Source: an uncultured Arcobacter sp. | GTDB taxonomy: Bacteria; Campylobacterota; Campylobacteria; Campylobacterales; Arcobacteraceae | Reading direction: 5' to 3' | Assembly: GCA_965140705.1 (NCBI GenBank) | Contig: OZ223300.1 | Location: 640,001-704,000 of the forward strand | Length of the DNA: 64,000 nucleotides | Part shown: positions 19,760 through 28,343 of the stretch, piece after piece | How positions within the stretch are numbered: position 1 is the stretch's first letter | How the letters are laid out: every line of letters begins with the position of its first letter | The notes under the pieces: generated by a model | Seen by the model: only the letters and a program-made list of their open reading frames with translations | Told to the model about the DNA's origin: nothing | The model's database searches: none | Program-made: the position numbers and the translations under genes

Positions 19760-20524
19760 ATGAACAAAAGTTCGAATTTGTCATCGGTAGAAAATGCACT
19801 TAAAATTCTTGAATGTTTTACAATAGATGAAACAGAAAAAAGAGTAACTCAAATAGCAAATGAATTGGATTTGGCAAAAAGTACAGTAAGTAGACTTTTA
19901 AAAACATTGTTAAATAAAGGTTATGTAAAAAAGAATCCAGAAACACAAAAATTCTCATTAGGAACAAAAATTTTAACCTTGTATAGCTCTTTAATGGCAG
20001 AGATGGAAGTTGTAAAAGAGGCTCATCCTATTTTAGAAGCTTTAGTAAAAGAGACTTCTGAATCTGTTCAGTTGGCAGAATTGGAAGGCTCGGATGTTAT
20101 ATATATGGAACAGATAAAATCAAACTATCCCATGCAAATCTTTGCACATATAGGAAGAATCAATCCAGTGCATTGCACAAGTTCAGGAAAATTACTTTTA
20201 GCATATCAAGATGTGGAAGTTATTGAAGATATTCTAAGTCATGACTTGAAAAAATATACTTCACGTACTATTACTGATGTAGATATTTTAAAAAGGGAGC
20301 TTTTAGAAATAAGAGGTTTGGGTTATTGTTTTATTGAGAGTGAGTTTATAGATGGTATTGTTTCTATTGCTGCTCCAATAAGGGATTATAATAAAAAGGT
20401 GATAGCTGCTGTTTCTTTAGTAGGACCAATACAAAGGATTAGCGGGGATAAAGTTCCTAGGTTTATAAATAAGGTAGTGGAAGCTGCAAAGAATATTTCT
20501 TTGCAGATGGGGTATATAGGCTAG
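19760..20524 (+). CDS. IclR-family regulator divergent from pobA (PobR-like position)
   Basis: SSVENALKILECF, LAKSTVSRLL HTH, PVHCTSSGKLLLA, SIAAPIRD. Confidence 0.9.
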   Translation: MNKSSNLSSVENALKILECFTIDETEKRVTQIANELDLAKSTVSRLLKTLLNKGYVKKNPETQKFSLGTKILTLYSSLMAEMEVVKEAHPILEALVKETSESVQLAELEGSDVIYMEQIKSNYPMQIFAHIGRINPVHCTSSGKLLLAYQDVEVIEDILSHDLKKYTSRTITDVDILKRELLEIRGLGYCFIESEFIDGIVSIAAPIRDYNKKVIAAVSLVGPIQRISGDKVPRFINKVVEAAKNISLQMGYIG

Positions 20525-20540
20525 GGTGGTCGTTAGTTGT

Positions 20541-21374
20541 TTATTTTAAGTAATATTTATAGTCTTTGTTTACAAGAGTATAATCACTTACATTTATATT
20601 AGATAAGTGACCATTATTTTTAAAAAATCGTGCAAAATTCATAATTGAATGATATTCAATTCCTTTAATTAGATAATGAAATTTTGGATGAATAATTTCA
20701 TATCTAAATTTATTCCAATTTGGAATTTCTTGTCTATGAGGTTTCACTCTATTTCCTAATCTTTTTGCACTTCCAATATATATTTGTTTATTAATTTCAT
20801 CTTGAAGATAATATACAACAAAAGGTACATCTACATGTTCTGGAAGTTTATCTCTATCAATCCATTTTGTATATTTTGTTATCATTTGTGTATCGTAATT
20901 GATATCACTATTTAGCCAACCAAAAACATTTTCATCAATTAATTTCTTAAATAATTCAGCATATGGTGTTTCAACTTTTATAAAAGTTGAAATTTTAATT
21001 TCATCTACAGAAAGTGGCTCAAAAATCATTACTTCCTGATTACCACCAGTTAATTTTGTTATATAGTATTTTTCTTCTGCATTTGCTACAAAGTTTTGAC
21101 TAACAATTGCTATATAGCTTTGAATAAATTCTTGTTTTAATGCTGCTTGCAATTTAGGAGAATTATCCCATCTTAATTGATATACAGGTTTTTTATTTTT
21201 AATATTTACATAACTAATTTTTGCCTGATATTTTTTATTTCCCCATTTTAATGTGATGGGTCTTGATGTACCAATATTAAGGGGATGTCCCATTAAAAAC
21301 AATGATTCATATTTTTTTGTAATGGTTATGCCATATTTGAAAAATGATTTATCTACTTTTTTATAATATTCCAT
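20541..21374 (-). CDS. Orphan protein with a C-terminal GIY-YIG-like nuclease motif
   Basis: FVVYYLQDEINKQIYIGSAKRLGNRVKPH fits the GIY-x(9-11)-YIG...R..H pattern; N-terminal ~150 aa unassigned. Confidence 0.55.
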   Translation of the reverse strand: MEYYKKVDKSFFKYGITITKKYESLFLMGHPLNIGTSRPITLKWGNKKYQAKISYVNIKNKKPVYQLRWDNSPKLQAALKQEFIQSYIAIVSQNFVANAEEKYYITKLTGGNQEVMIFEPLSVDEIKISTFIKVETPYAELFKKLIDENVFGWLNSDINYDTQMITKYTKWIDRDKLPEHVDVPFVVYYLQDEINKQIYIGSAKRLGNRVKPHRQEIPNWNKFRYEIIHPKFHYLIKGIEYHSIMNFARFFKNNGHLSNINVSDYTLVNKDYKYYLK

Positions 21375-21478
21375 TTAACCCCTTAATATATACTATTTAT
21401 TAATTATATATTTTATGTAAAATAGCCTTAAATTAGTGATATTACTAATTTAAAAGTATTAATTTCTTTATTATTCAT

Positions 21479-21696
21479 GAACACCTAAAGGTCTTCGCAT
21501 CTCTTACTTTTTGATCTCGAAAAAGTAAGCAAAAAAGACTGCCGAGTTGATGAAGGCAAAGATCCCTTCCAGTTAAATATTTATTTTCTGCCCTGCAAAA
21601 CTCACTAAAATGACCGTTTAGGTCATTTTTTAACGCTCAAACAGTTTCGGGCTTTACCGAAAATAAATATCTAACTTCCAGCTTCATCAAAGGCAG
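21479..21696 (-). repeat. Structured repeat element, copy A (putative ncRNA or non-autonomous mobile element)
   Basis: Minus strand: CCTTTGAT..GAAGCTG..TTTTCGGTAAAG..CTGTTTGAG[stem-TAAAC-stem]GAGTTTTGCA..GAAGGGA..CTTC..TTTTGCTTACTTT-loop-AAAGTAAGA..GCGAAGA-CC-TTTA-GG; long nested hairpin. Confidence 0.75.
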
Positions 21697-21787
21697 AAAG
21701 AAATACCTATAGTTCAAACTATCATTTGTAAATTTACTAAATAGAAGTTAGAAGTCTAAATAAATTAAAAGTGAAAATGTCCTTATC

Positions 21788-22016
21788 CCACCTTTGATAC
21801 CAACATTTACAGAAGCTGAGCGTTTGTTTTAGCTTTTCGGAAAAGACTTGCAACTGTTTGAGTAAATAAATATGCTAAACGCATATTTATTTATGAGTTT
21901 TGCAAGACAGAAAAGATAAAACAATAAGCGAAGGAACCCAAAGGGCTTCGCAACCGTTGGTGGTTTTGCTTACTTTGTCCATACAAAGTAAGAAGAGCGG
22001 AGAGGTTTACCTCTTC
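21788..22016 (+). repeat. Structured repeat element, copy B, back-to-back with copy A
   Basis: Plus strand: CCTTTGAT..GAAGCTG..TTTTCGGAAAAG..CTGTTTGAG[TAAATAAATATGC-TAAAC-GCATATTTATTTA]TGAGTTTTGCA..GAAGGAA..CTTC..TTTTGCTTACTTTG-loop-CAAAGTAAGA..GCGGAGA-GG-TTTA-CC. Confidence 0.75.
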
Positions 22017-22033
22017 AAGAGAGATGTAAGAAT

Positions 22034-22065
22034 AAAAGAAAGAGTAAAAGATACTCTTCTTTTTT
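22034..22065 (-). terminator. Probable terminator after vanA
   Basis: AAAAGAAAGAGTA-AAAGA-TACTCTTCTTTTTT imperfect hairpin with A/T tails. Confidence 0.5.
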
Positions 22066-22073
22066 AGCAGATT

Positions 22074-23123
22074 TTATTCATTACTTATATACTGCTCTTC
22101 TTCCCTCTTAATCATCTTATTCAAAATCCTTCTCGCAAGTTTTCCACCTGCATCGATATCTAAGCTGATTAAACTTTTTTCAGGAAATCTTTCAAGATTT
22201 TGTTGTTGAAATTCTAGTACTTCTAAATCTTCTTCAAAAATTCCACCTTGACCTTTTAAAATATCAGCTGTTAGTTGTTCATTTTCAGGACTATAATTTC
22301 TTGCCATTCCCCAAAAATACCACATGGTAGTGTCACTTTCTGGTGTCATAAAATCAACAACGACAGATCTAACTTTATCTTTTTTTGGAGCATCTTTACC
22401 ACCTTTTCCTTTATATGCTACTCCAACATCTATAAATATTGCAGCTGGTGGGACAAATTTTGATTTTTGCCAACGATCAACTTTTTTTGTGGGATCTAGG
22501 TTGTTATTTTTCATACAAAATGCCCAAAAGGGTGGGGCTGTGATATCATTCATATATCTACTTGTAACAATATATCCATCTTCTTCTTGTGTAATAACTG
22601 GGCTTTCATCAATCTCTTCTTGCCCAATACTTGTACCATGAACATATTTTTCATGGGTTAAATCCATCAAGTTATCAATCATAAATCTATAATCACATTT
22701 TATATTAAAAACACCACCTGCAAAAGCCCATTCGGGATTGTTGTCCCATTCAAGAAATGGGATTAATGAAACATCAGCTTTTTCACTTTTCCCTGGCCAA
22801 AGCCAGATATAACCATACTTTTCTTCAACAGTATAATATTTTGCACAGGGTATTTTTTTTGGATTTTGTTCTGGCATATCAAGTATTTTACCTTGGCAAC
22901 CAACTTTTAGTCCATGATAACCACAAACTAAACCATCACCTTCTATATATCCTAATGATAAAGCTGCTCCCCTATGAGGACAAAAATCTTCAAGGGCGAT
23001 AACTTTATTATCACTTGTACGATAAAAAACCAAATTTACATTACAAACTTTACGACCTAAAGGTTTATCTTGTAGTTCAGCAGAAGTTGCTGCTACATAC
23101 CAAGCATTTTTTGGAAATAACAT
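22074..23123 (-). CDS. vanA: Vanillate O-demethylase oxygenase subunit (Rieske non-heme iron)
   Basis: FPKNAWYVA, ALEDFCPHRGAALSLG and CGYHGL Rieske ligands, DNLMDLTHEKYVHGTSIGQ, VDRWQ, FMTPE, YFWGMAR, EDLEVLE, IDAGG. Confidence 0.9.
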   Translation of the reverse strand: MLFPKNAWYVAATSAELQDKPLGRKVCNVNLVFYRTSDNKVIALEDFCPHRGAALSLGYIEGDGLVCGYHGLKVGCQGKILDMPEQNPKKIPCAKYYTVEEKYGYIWLWPGKSEKADVSLIPFLEWDNNPEWAFAGGVFNIKCDYRFMIDNLMDLTHEKYVHGTSIGQEEIDESPVITQEEDGYIVTSRYMNDITAPPFWAFCMKNNNLDPTKKVDRWQKSKFVPPAAIFIDVGVAYKGKGGKDAPKKDKVRSVVVDFMTPESDTTMWYFWGMARNYSPENEQLTADILKGQGGIFEEDLEVLEFQQQNLERFPEKSLISLDIDAGGKLARRILNKMIKREEEQYISNE

Positions 23124-23143
23124 ATTTTTTTACCTACCTTTTT

Positions 23144-23845
23144 TTAGTTAAAAAGCCAATTTTTAATCGCTTTAGATACTTCTTTTGGAAATTCAGCTGG
23201 GGCCATATGTCCTGCTTTTTCTATAACAATTAATTGACTATTGGAGATATGTTTTTGCATCTCTTCATGTTGAGAAATTGGACTCCACTTATCTTCTGTT
23301 CCACTTAATAATAGAGTTGGAATTTTTATTGATGAAAGAATACTTAGAGCATCTGGACGATTTATTAGTGCTTTAATTTGTTTTAAATACTCTTCCTTAC
23401 TATATGAAAGAACCATTTTTTCAAGTTTTGACATAAGTGGTTTATTATTTAATCCCATCTCACTCATCATTGGTGGTAGCCATTGTTTCATAAGGGCATT
23501 TATGCCTTCATTTTTAGCGATGTTTATGAGAGTCTCTCTACCTTCTATCTCTTTTTGGCTAACACCATGAACTCCTGTATTAAACAAAGCTAATTTTTTA
23601 ACTCTTTTGGGAGCTTGTTTCATTATTTCTAATGCAACTCTACCTCCCATTGAATGACCCACTAAACAAAAAGTTTCTGGGGAATTGTCAAGTACTTTTT
23701 TAGCCATATTTTCTATAGAATCATAGCCTTTAAATGAAATCAGATATGTACTTACACTATCTTTTAAATTATTTGCTACATCAAACCAAATAGTTTCATC
23801 ACATAATAATCCAGAAAGTAATACCAATGACTCTTTTTGTTTCAT
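23144..23845 (-). CDS. Alpha/beta-fold hydrolase
   Basis: LLSGLLCD, GHSMGG nucleophile elbow, GTEDKWSP (Asp), AGHMAP (His). Confidence 0.85.
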   Translation of the reverse strand: MKQKESLVLLSGLLCDETIWFDVANNLKDSVSTYLISFKGYDSIENMAKKVLDNSPETFCLVGHSMGGRVALEIMKQAPKRVKKLALFNTGVHGVSQKEIEGRETLINIAKNEGINALMKQWLPPMMSEMGLNNKPLMSKLEKMVLSYSKEEYLKQIKALINRPDALSILSSIKIPTLLLSGTEDKWSPISQHEEMQKHISNSQLIVIEKAGHMAPAEFPKEVSKAIKNWLFN

Positions 23846-23859
23846 TTTAAAATCCTAAT

Positions 23860-24891
23860 CTATTTTGAGTTTTCTTTAATAGCTTTTCTTGCTTCATTAA
23901 CAAGTTTTTGACCATCAATACCTTTTTTATCTACTTCTTTAATCCATCTTTCTACAACTCTTTCTCCAGCTTCATCAAACTTTTTTGTAGCTTCTTTGCT
24001 TAAAGTATTAATTTCTCCACCAGAAGCTAACTGCATTTTCATTCCTGGTTTTTCTACATCCATCCATATTTGTCCTACTCTTTTAACTTCATCCAAATCA
24101 ACACTTTTTTTGATAAGTGATTGTAAATCTTTTGGTAAAGAATCAAATTTATGCTTATTCATTAAAAGCAAAAATACAGAAGTACCAAATCTTTCTCCTC
24201 CATATCCTAGTGTTGAGTATTTAGTTAGTTGATCAAACTTAAAAGCAGGGAATACTTCAAAAGGTATCAATGCTCCATCTACTGCATGTTTAGAAAGTGC
24301 TTGAGGAAGTGTTGGAAGAGGCATACCTACTGGTTCTGCTCCCAATTCTTCAATAAACCATCCCCCTGTTCTTGAGGGTGTTCTGATTTTTAAACCTTTT
24401 AAATCTTCAATTGATGTTATTTTTTTATCTACTGTATGAAGTACATTACCTTTGTGAACATAAACCATAAGTGGTACAATATCTTTATAATCATCTTTGA
24501 TTAAGTCAAAATTCTTTTTGATAGCAACTGATGTTGCAAGAGATGAACTATGGTGCACAGTTGGCAATTCAAATACTTCTGTTCTTGGAAAAACACCAGG
24601 AGTATAGGCAGAAACAGTCCATACAATATCAACACTTCCTTCTCTTGCTTGTTTAAAGAGTTCATTAGGTTTTCCACCTAAAGTCATTGAGGGATATATC
24701 TCAATTTTTAATCTACCTTTTGACATTTTTTCAAGTTTTTTTGCCCATGGAACAAGAAATTTTGTTTGGGTAGGAGCCTTTGGACTATGTAAATGGTGTA
24801 ATATTAATGTTATAGGCTTTTCTTTTGCCCATAATGTGTTTGACAAGAGTGCTAAACTTGCCAATAAAACAACTAGTTTTATAGATTTCAT
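23860..24891 (-). CDS. TRAP substrate-binding protein, paralog 3
   Basis: YPSMTLGGKPNEL, YTPGVFPRTEVFELP, IRTPSRTGGW, LGAEPVGMPLP. Confidence 0.9.
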   Translation of the reverse strand: MKSIKLVVLLASLALLSNTLWAKEKPITLILHHLHSPKAPTQTKFLVPWAKKLEKMSKGRLKIEIYPSMTLGGKPNELFKQAREGSVDIVWTVSAYTPGVFPRTEVFELPTVHHSSSLATSVAIKKNFDLIKDDYKDIVPLMVYVHKGNVLHTVDKKITSIEDLKGLKIRTPSRTGGWFIEELGAEPVGMPLPTLPQALSKHAVDGALIPFEVFPAFKFDQLTKYSTLGYGGERFGTSVFLLLMNKHKFDSLPKDLQSLIKKSVDLDEVKRVGQIWMDVEKPGMKMQLASGGEINTLSKEATKKFDEAGERVVERWIKEVDKKGIDGQKLVNEARKAIKENSK

Positions 24892-24970
24892 TATATTGTC
24901 CTTTATAAATATTTAATTATGATTATCAAGAATAAAAATATTCTTGATACCTATAAATTGTAATCTTTTG

Positions 24971-26851
24971 TTAATTCTTTTTTAAAAGAATATTTGAAAA
25001 GAATATTTTTAGTTCATCATATGCATCTAGCGGTAAAACGTGTGCTACATATTGATCAGGACGAACTATAACCATGACTCCTTGATATCTATTTATTTCA
25101 CGCATATCATAAATATCATTTCCATTTTTTAAATCACTACAATACATTTTTTCATAATCTTTAAGTGAATACTTGCCTACTAATGGTTTTAATATTGAAG
25201 GCATTTCTTCAAATTCGATGTTGTGATGGTTTTGTTGAAAAATACCATAAACACTAATTACAGAATCAATATCTTCATCTTTTGGTGTATATATATTTAT
25301 AGGTGAATCTTCTGCTTCTTCTAAAAATTTACACAATTTGTAGATTTTTGAATCAGAATCGCTTGGAACACTTGCATCTGAGAAGGCATAAATTCGCCAT
25401 TTAGTATCTGCTTTAATTGTTTCTCCAAGTTGAATAGTTTTAGCATCAGCTAGTCTAACAACAGGAGCAGAATGAAATCGTTTCCCTATTTCAAAGCCAG
25501 GAGCTAACTCTTGCCAAGTATCCTTACCTGTTAATATTGAAGGTAAATATTTAACTGATAATCCTGCTGTAAAGTTTCCACCTTCTATAAAATGTTCTTT
25601 TACTGCATTAACATTGGTTTTAGCTATTGGTGCACTCATAACACGTGACCATTTATGGTCATAATCAATTAATCCCTGTGCTACTTTTTGTCTCTCTTCT
25701 GAATATGTATGTAATAATGTTGCGTCACTTTTTCCAAGAAGAACTGAAATTAGTTTCCATCCTAAGTTAAAAGTATCACCCATTGAGACATTCATCCCTT
25801 GTCCAGCTTTTGCACTATGAGTATGGCAGGCATCACCTGCAATAAATACATGTGGTAAATGGGTACCAATCTCTTCTTCAAGAACATCATCAAATTTATC
25901 AGTTAGGCTATGACCAACTTCATAAACAGACCACCAAGAAACTTCTTTTACATCAAAATCATAGGGTTTAAATATATTTTTACTTACTTCAATCAAACGT
26001 TCTAAGCTAATAGATTTACTATCTCCTACTTCTTTAAGCTTGTTTAGTTCTACATAAATACGAACTAAATGTCCACCTTCTCTTGGAATTAAAAGAATAT
26101 TTCCTTCTGTAGCTGATTTGATAATACATTTATAACGAATATCTGGAAAATTTGTTGATGGTAAAACATCCATCACTCCCCAAGCTTGACCCTCTCTATC
26201 ACCTTTTAATTCTCTATTAATACTTTTTCTAACCAAACTTCTAGCACCATCACAACCAACAATATATTTTGAACGTATTGTTTTTGTATTTCCATTGTGC
26301 TCTAATGTTGCTAGTATTGGATACTCATTTGTACGATTTATTTCTAATTTTATTAGTTTGTGACTATAGTCAACTTCTAATCTTGAAGGTGAATTTCGCA
26401 TAAAATTAAGATACATATCGTGTATTCGAGCTTGATTAAGTATGATATGAGGCATTTCAGATAATCCATCTTTTACATCTTGAACACGTGCATTACGTGT
26501 GATATTAGAGGGATTTTTAGAAGCAGGTTTCCAAAAGTTTGTTTCATTTACCCAATAACCTTCTTTTAACACTTGTTGAGCAAAACCAAATGCATTAAAC
26601 ATTTCCATAGAACGACATGAAACTCCATCAGCTTGTCCAAGTATCATTGGAGCATCTTTTTGTTCTATTATTCTAGTCCTTATTTGGGGAAAAGAAGAAA
26701 GTTGTGCGGCTAAAGTAAGCCCTGCAGGACCACTACCTATAATTAAAACATCAAGTTCTTCTGGGATCTCACCTTGTTTAGTCTCATGTCCTTTAGCTGG
26801 AAGAGAGATATCAGGATCACCTGCTTGAAAACCATTTGTATGAAATTGCAT
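24971..26851 (-). CDS. mobA: 3-hydroxybenzoate 4-monooxygenase (MobA type, phenol hydroxylase family)
   Basis: MQFHTNGFQAGDP N-terminus, GSGPAGLTLAAQLSSFP, GQADGVSCRSMEMF, DGLSEMPHIILNQAR, GDACHTHSAKAGQGMN, RFHSAPVVRLADA, VRPDQYVAHVLPLD; closely resembles Comamonas MobA as recalled. Confidence 0.85.
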   Translation of the reverse strand: MQFHTNGFQAGDPDISLPAKGHETKQGEIPEELDVLIIGSGPAGLTLAAQLSSFPQIRTRIIEQKDAPMILGQADGVSCRSMEMFNAFGFAQQVLKEGYWVNETNFWKPASKNPSNITRNARVQDVKDGLSEMPHIILNQARIHDMYLNFMRNSPSRLEVDYSHKLIKLEINRTNEYPILATLEHNGNTKTIRSKYIVGCDGARSLVRKSINRELKGDREGQAWGVMDVLPSTNFPDIRYKCIIKSATEGNILLIPREGGHLVRIYVELNKLKEVGDSKSISLERLIEVSKNIFKPYDFDVKEVSWWSVYEVGHSLTDKFDDVLEEEIGTHLPHVFIAGDACHTHSAKAGQGMNVSMGDTFNLGWKLISVLLGKSDATLLHTYSEERQKVAQGLIDYDHKWSRVMSAPIAKTNVNAVKEHFIEGGNFTAGLSVKYLPSILTGKDTWQELAPGFEIGKRFHSAPVVRLADAKTIQLGETIKADTKWRIYAFSDASVPSDSDSKIYKLCKFLEEAEDSPINIYTPKDEDIDSVISVYGIFQQNHHNIEFEEMPSILKPLVGKYSLKDYEKMYCSDLKNGNDIYDMREINRYQGVMVIVRPDQYVAHVLPLDAYDELKIFFSNILLKKN

Positions 26852-26882
26852 TGTATACTCCTTTTTTGATAGTTTTTATTAG

Positions 26883-26913
26883 TAAAGTAGCAGTTAAAAT
26901 ATCTGCTACTTTA
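26883..26913 (-). terminator. Stem-loop after the porin gene (partial terminator or stabilising hairpin)
   Basis: TAAAGTAGCAG-9nt-CTGCTACTTTA. Confidence 0.55.
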
Positions 26914-26920
26914 AAATCAA

Positions 26921-28219
26921 TTAGAATTTATATGTTAAATAAAGTTTACCAATTGTCAATTTATCATCAGAACCAGGAGTTGGACTATCTAAATCAACAA
27001 ATCCTAATTGCAATCTTGTTGAAAGTCCTTTTGTAATTTTATATCTTAAATCAGCTTGAATCTCTGAAGCCCCATCCATATTTCCACCTCTTGAAGCATT
27101 CGCTATTCCTTTATCAGTTTGAGAATATCTAGAGTAAGCAAATAATGAAAATACTCCAGGTATTAATTTAGGAATTACCATAAGAGAAGTTGAACTCATA
27201 CCTGCATAAAAGTTATCTGTGAACATTTGCCCACCATTATATTTAAAGAAATTAGGTACATGTCCTAAAGTTCCTATGTAATCACCATCATCACCAACTC
27301 TTGTATATGCAAGTTTAAATGCAGTTTCACCAATTTTACCACCTAATTTGATACCATACATATGTGTATCATTTTTATCAAGTAACTTTGGAGCACCAGT
27401 TGATACCGTACTATCATAATCAGCTACTGCATAAAAACTTCCAATTGAAAGTGGCATACCTACAGGTAATTTATAATCAAATGCACCAAAATATGTTTTA
27501 TATGAACCATTTGTAGCTACTGGTGCATCAGTTGGATTACCTTTATCATCTCTAACACCTAAGTATTGAGCTTCTAAAGTTAAGTTTTTAATACTTTTAT
27601 TTTTTACATATAAAGATACAGTTGGTTTTTCCCATCTAATAATTCTTGAACTATCTGTTGTACTATATCTTTCAATCCATGCTTTTAAAACGTAAAATTT
27701 AATTTCTGTATCAGGTATATATTTACTTACAATTGATAATCCATTAAAAGTATCTACCAATGGATTTGAATTTGAATAAGATATTAATTGAGTTGAAATT
27801 AATTGTCTACCAACTTTAATTTCTGTTTTTCCAGTAGCATATGCAAGATTTGCAAGATAAAGGTTTGATCCTTCTTGTGTTACTCTACTTTCATTTTCAT
27901 TATAAAAATTAGGTGCATCAGCTTTTGCATCTGTATTTTCAATATCAAAACTATGTGCTGTTTGAAAACCTACTTCAGCACTAAAACCTTTATAATCTGC
28001 TGTTTTATATCCTAATTGTAAAGCAATTGCAGAAGAGTTTGCATTGTTATATGGACCAACTTCAGTTTCATCTGTATATGAACTCATTACTGTAACAGAT
28101 CTAACTTCCCCTTTTATCTTGCCCCCACTTAATGACTCTTGTAAAGTCGTTGCATTTGCACTCATTCCGATTGCACAAGCTGCTGCTAGTGCAATATAAT
28201 TTTTATTAAATTTTTTCAT
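26921..28219 (-). CDS. Outer-membrane porin (OprD/Campylobacterota MOMP-like)
   Basis: Signal peptide, GKIKGEVR, LGYKTADYKG, KVGRQ, alternating beta-strand pattern, C-terminal YLTYKF. Confidence 0.8.
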   Translation of the reverse strand: MKKFNKNYIALAAACAIGMSANATTLQESLSGGKIKGEVRSVTVMSSYTDETEVGPYNNANSSAIALQLGYKTADYKGFSAEVGFQTAHSFDIENTDAKADAPNFYNENESRVTQEGSNLYLANLAYATGKTEIKVGRQLISTQLISYSNSNPLVDTFNGLSIVSKYIPDTEIKFYVLKAWIERYSTTDSSRIIRWEKPTVSLYVKNKSIKNLTLEAQYLGVRDDKGNPTDAPVATNGSYKTYFGAFDYKLPVGMPLSIGSFYAVADYDSTVSTGAPKLLDKNDTHMYGIKLGGKIGETAFKLAYTRVGDDGDYIGTLGHVPNFFKYNGGQMFTDNFYAGMSSTSLMVIPKLIPGVFSLFAYSRYSQTDKGIANASRGGNMDGASEIQADLRYKITKGLSTRLQLGFVDLDSPTPGSDDKLTIGKLYLTYKF

Positions 28220-28343
28220 TTCTTCCCCTTTGTTATTTTTTAATTTTTTAATAAGTTATAAACTTATTAATTTAATTTTAAAAGAACCCCTTCTTTTAAA
28301 ATATAAAACTTAAAAATATAAGTTTTATATTTAATTTAGCTAT

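Noticed and set aside
21479..22016. Possible CRISPR array or IS element in the 700-bp gap
   Set aside because: No equal-length direct repeats with spacers, no cas genes, no transposase ORF and no clear target-site duplication; reported as structured repeats instead
23144..23845. Calling the hydrolase pcaD (beta-ketoadipate pathway)
   Set aside because: No pcaGHBCIJF in the window; ring cleavage here is 4,5-extradiol
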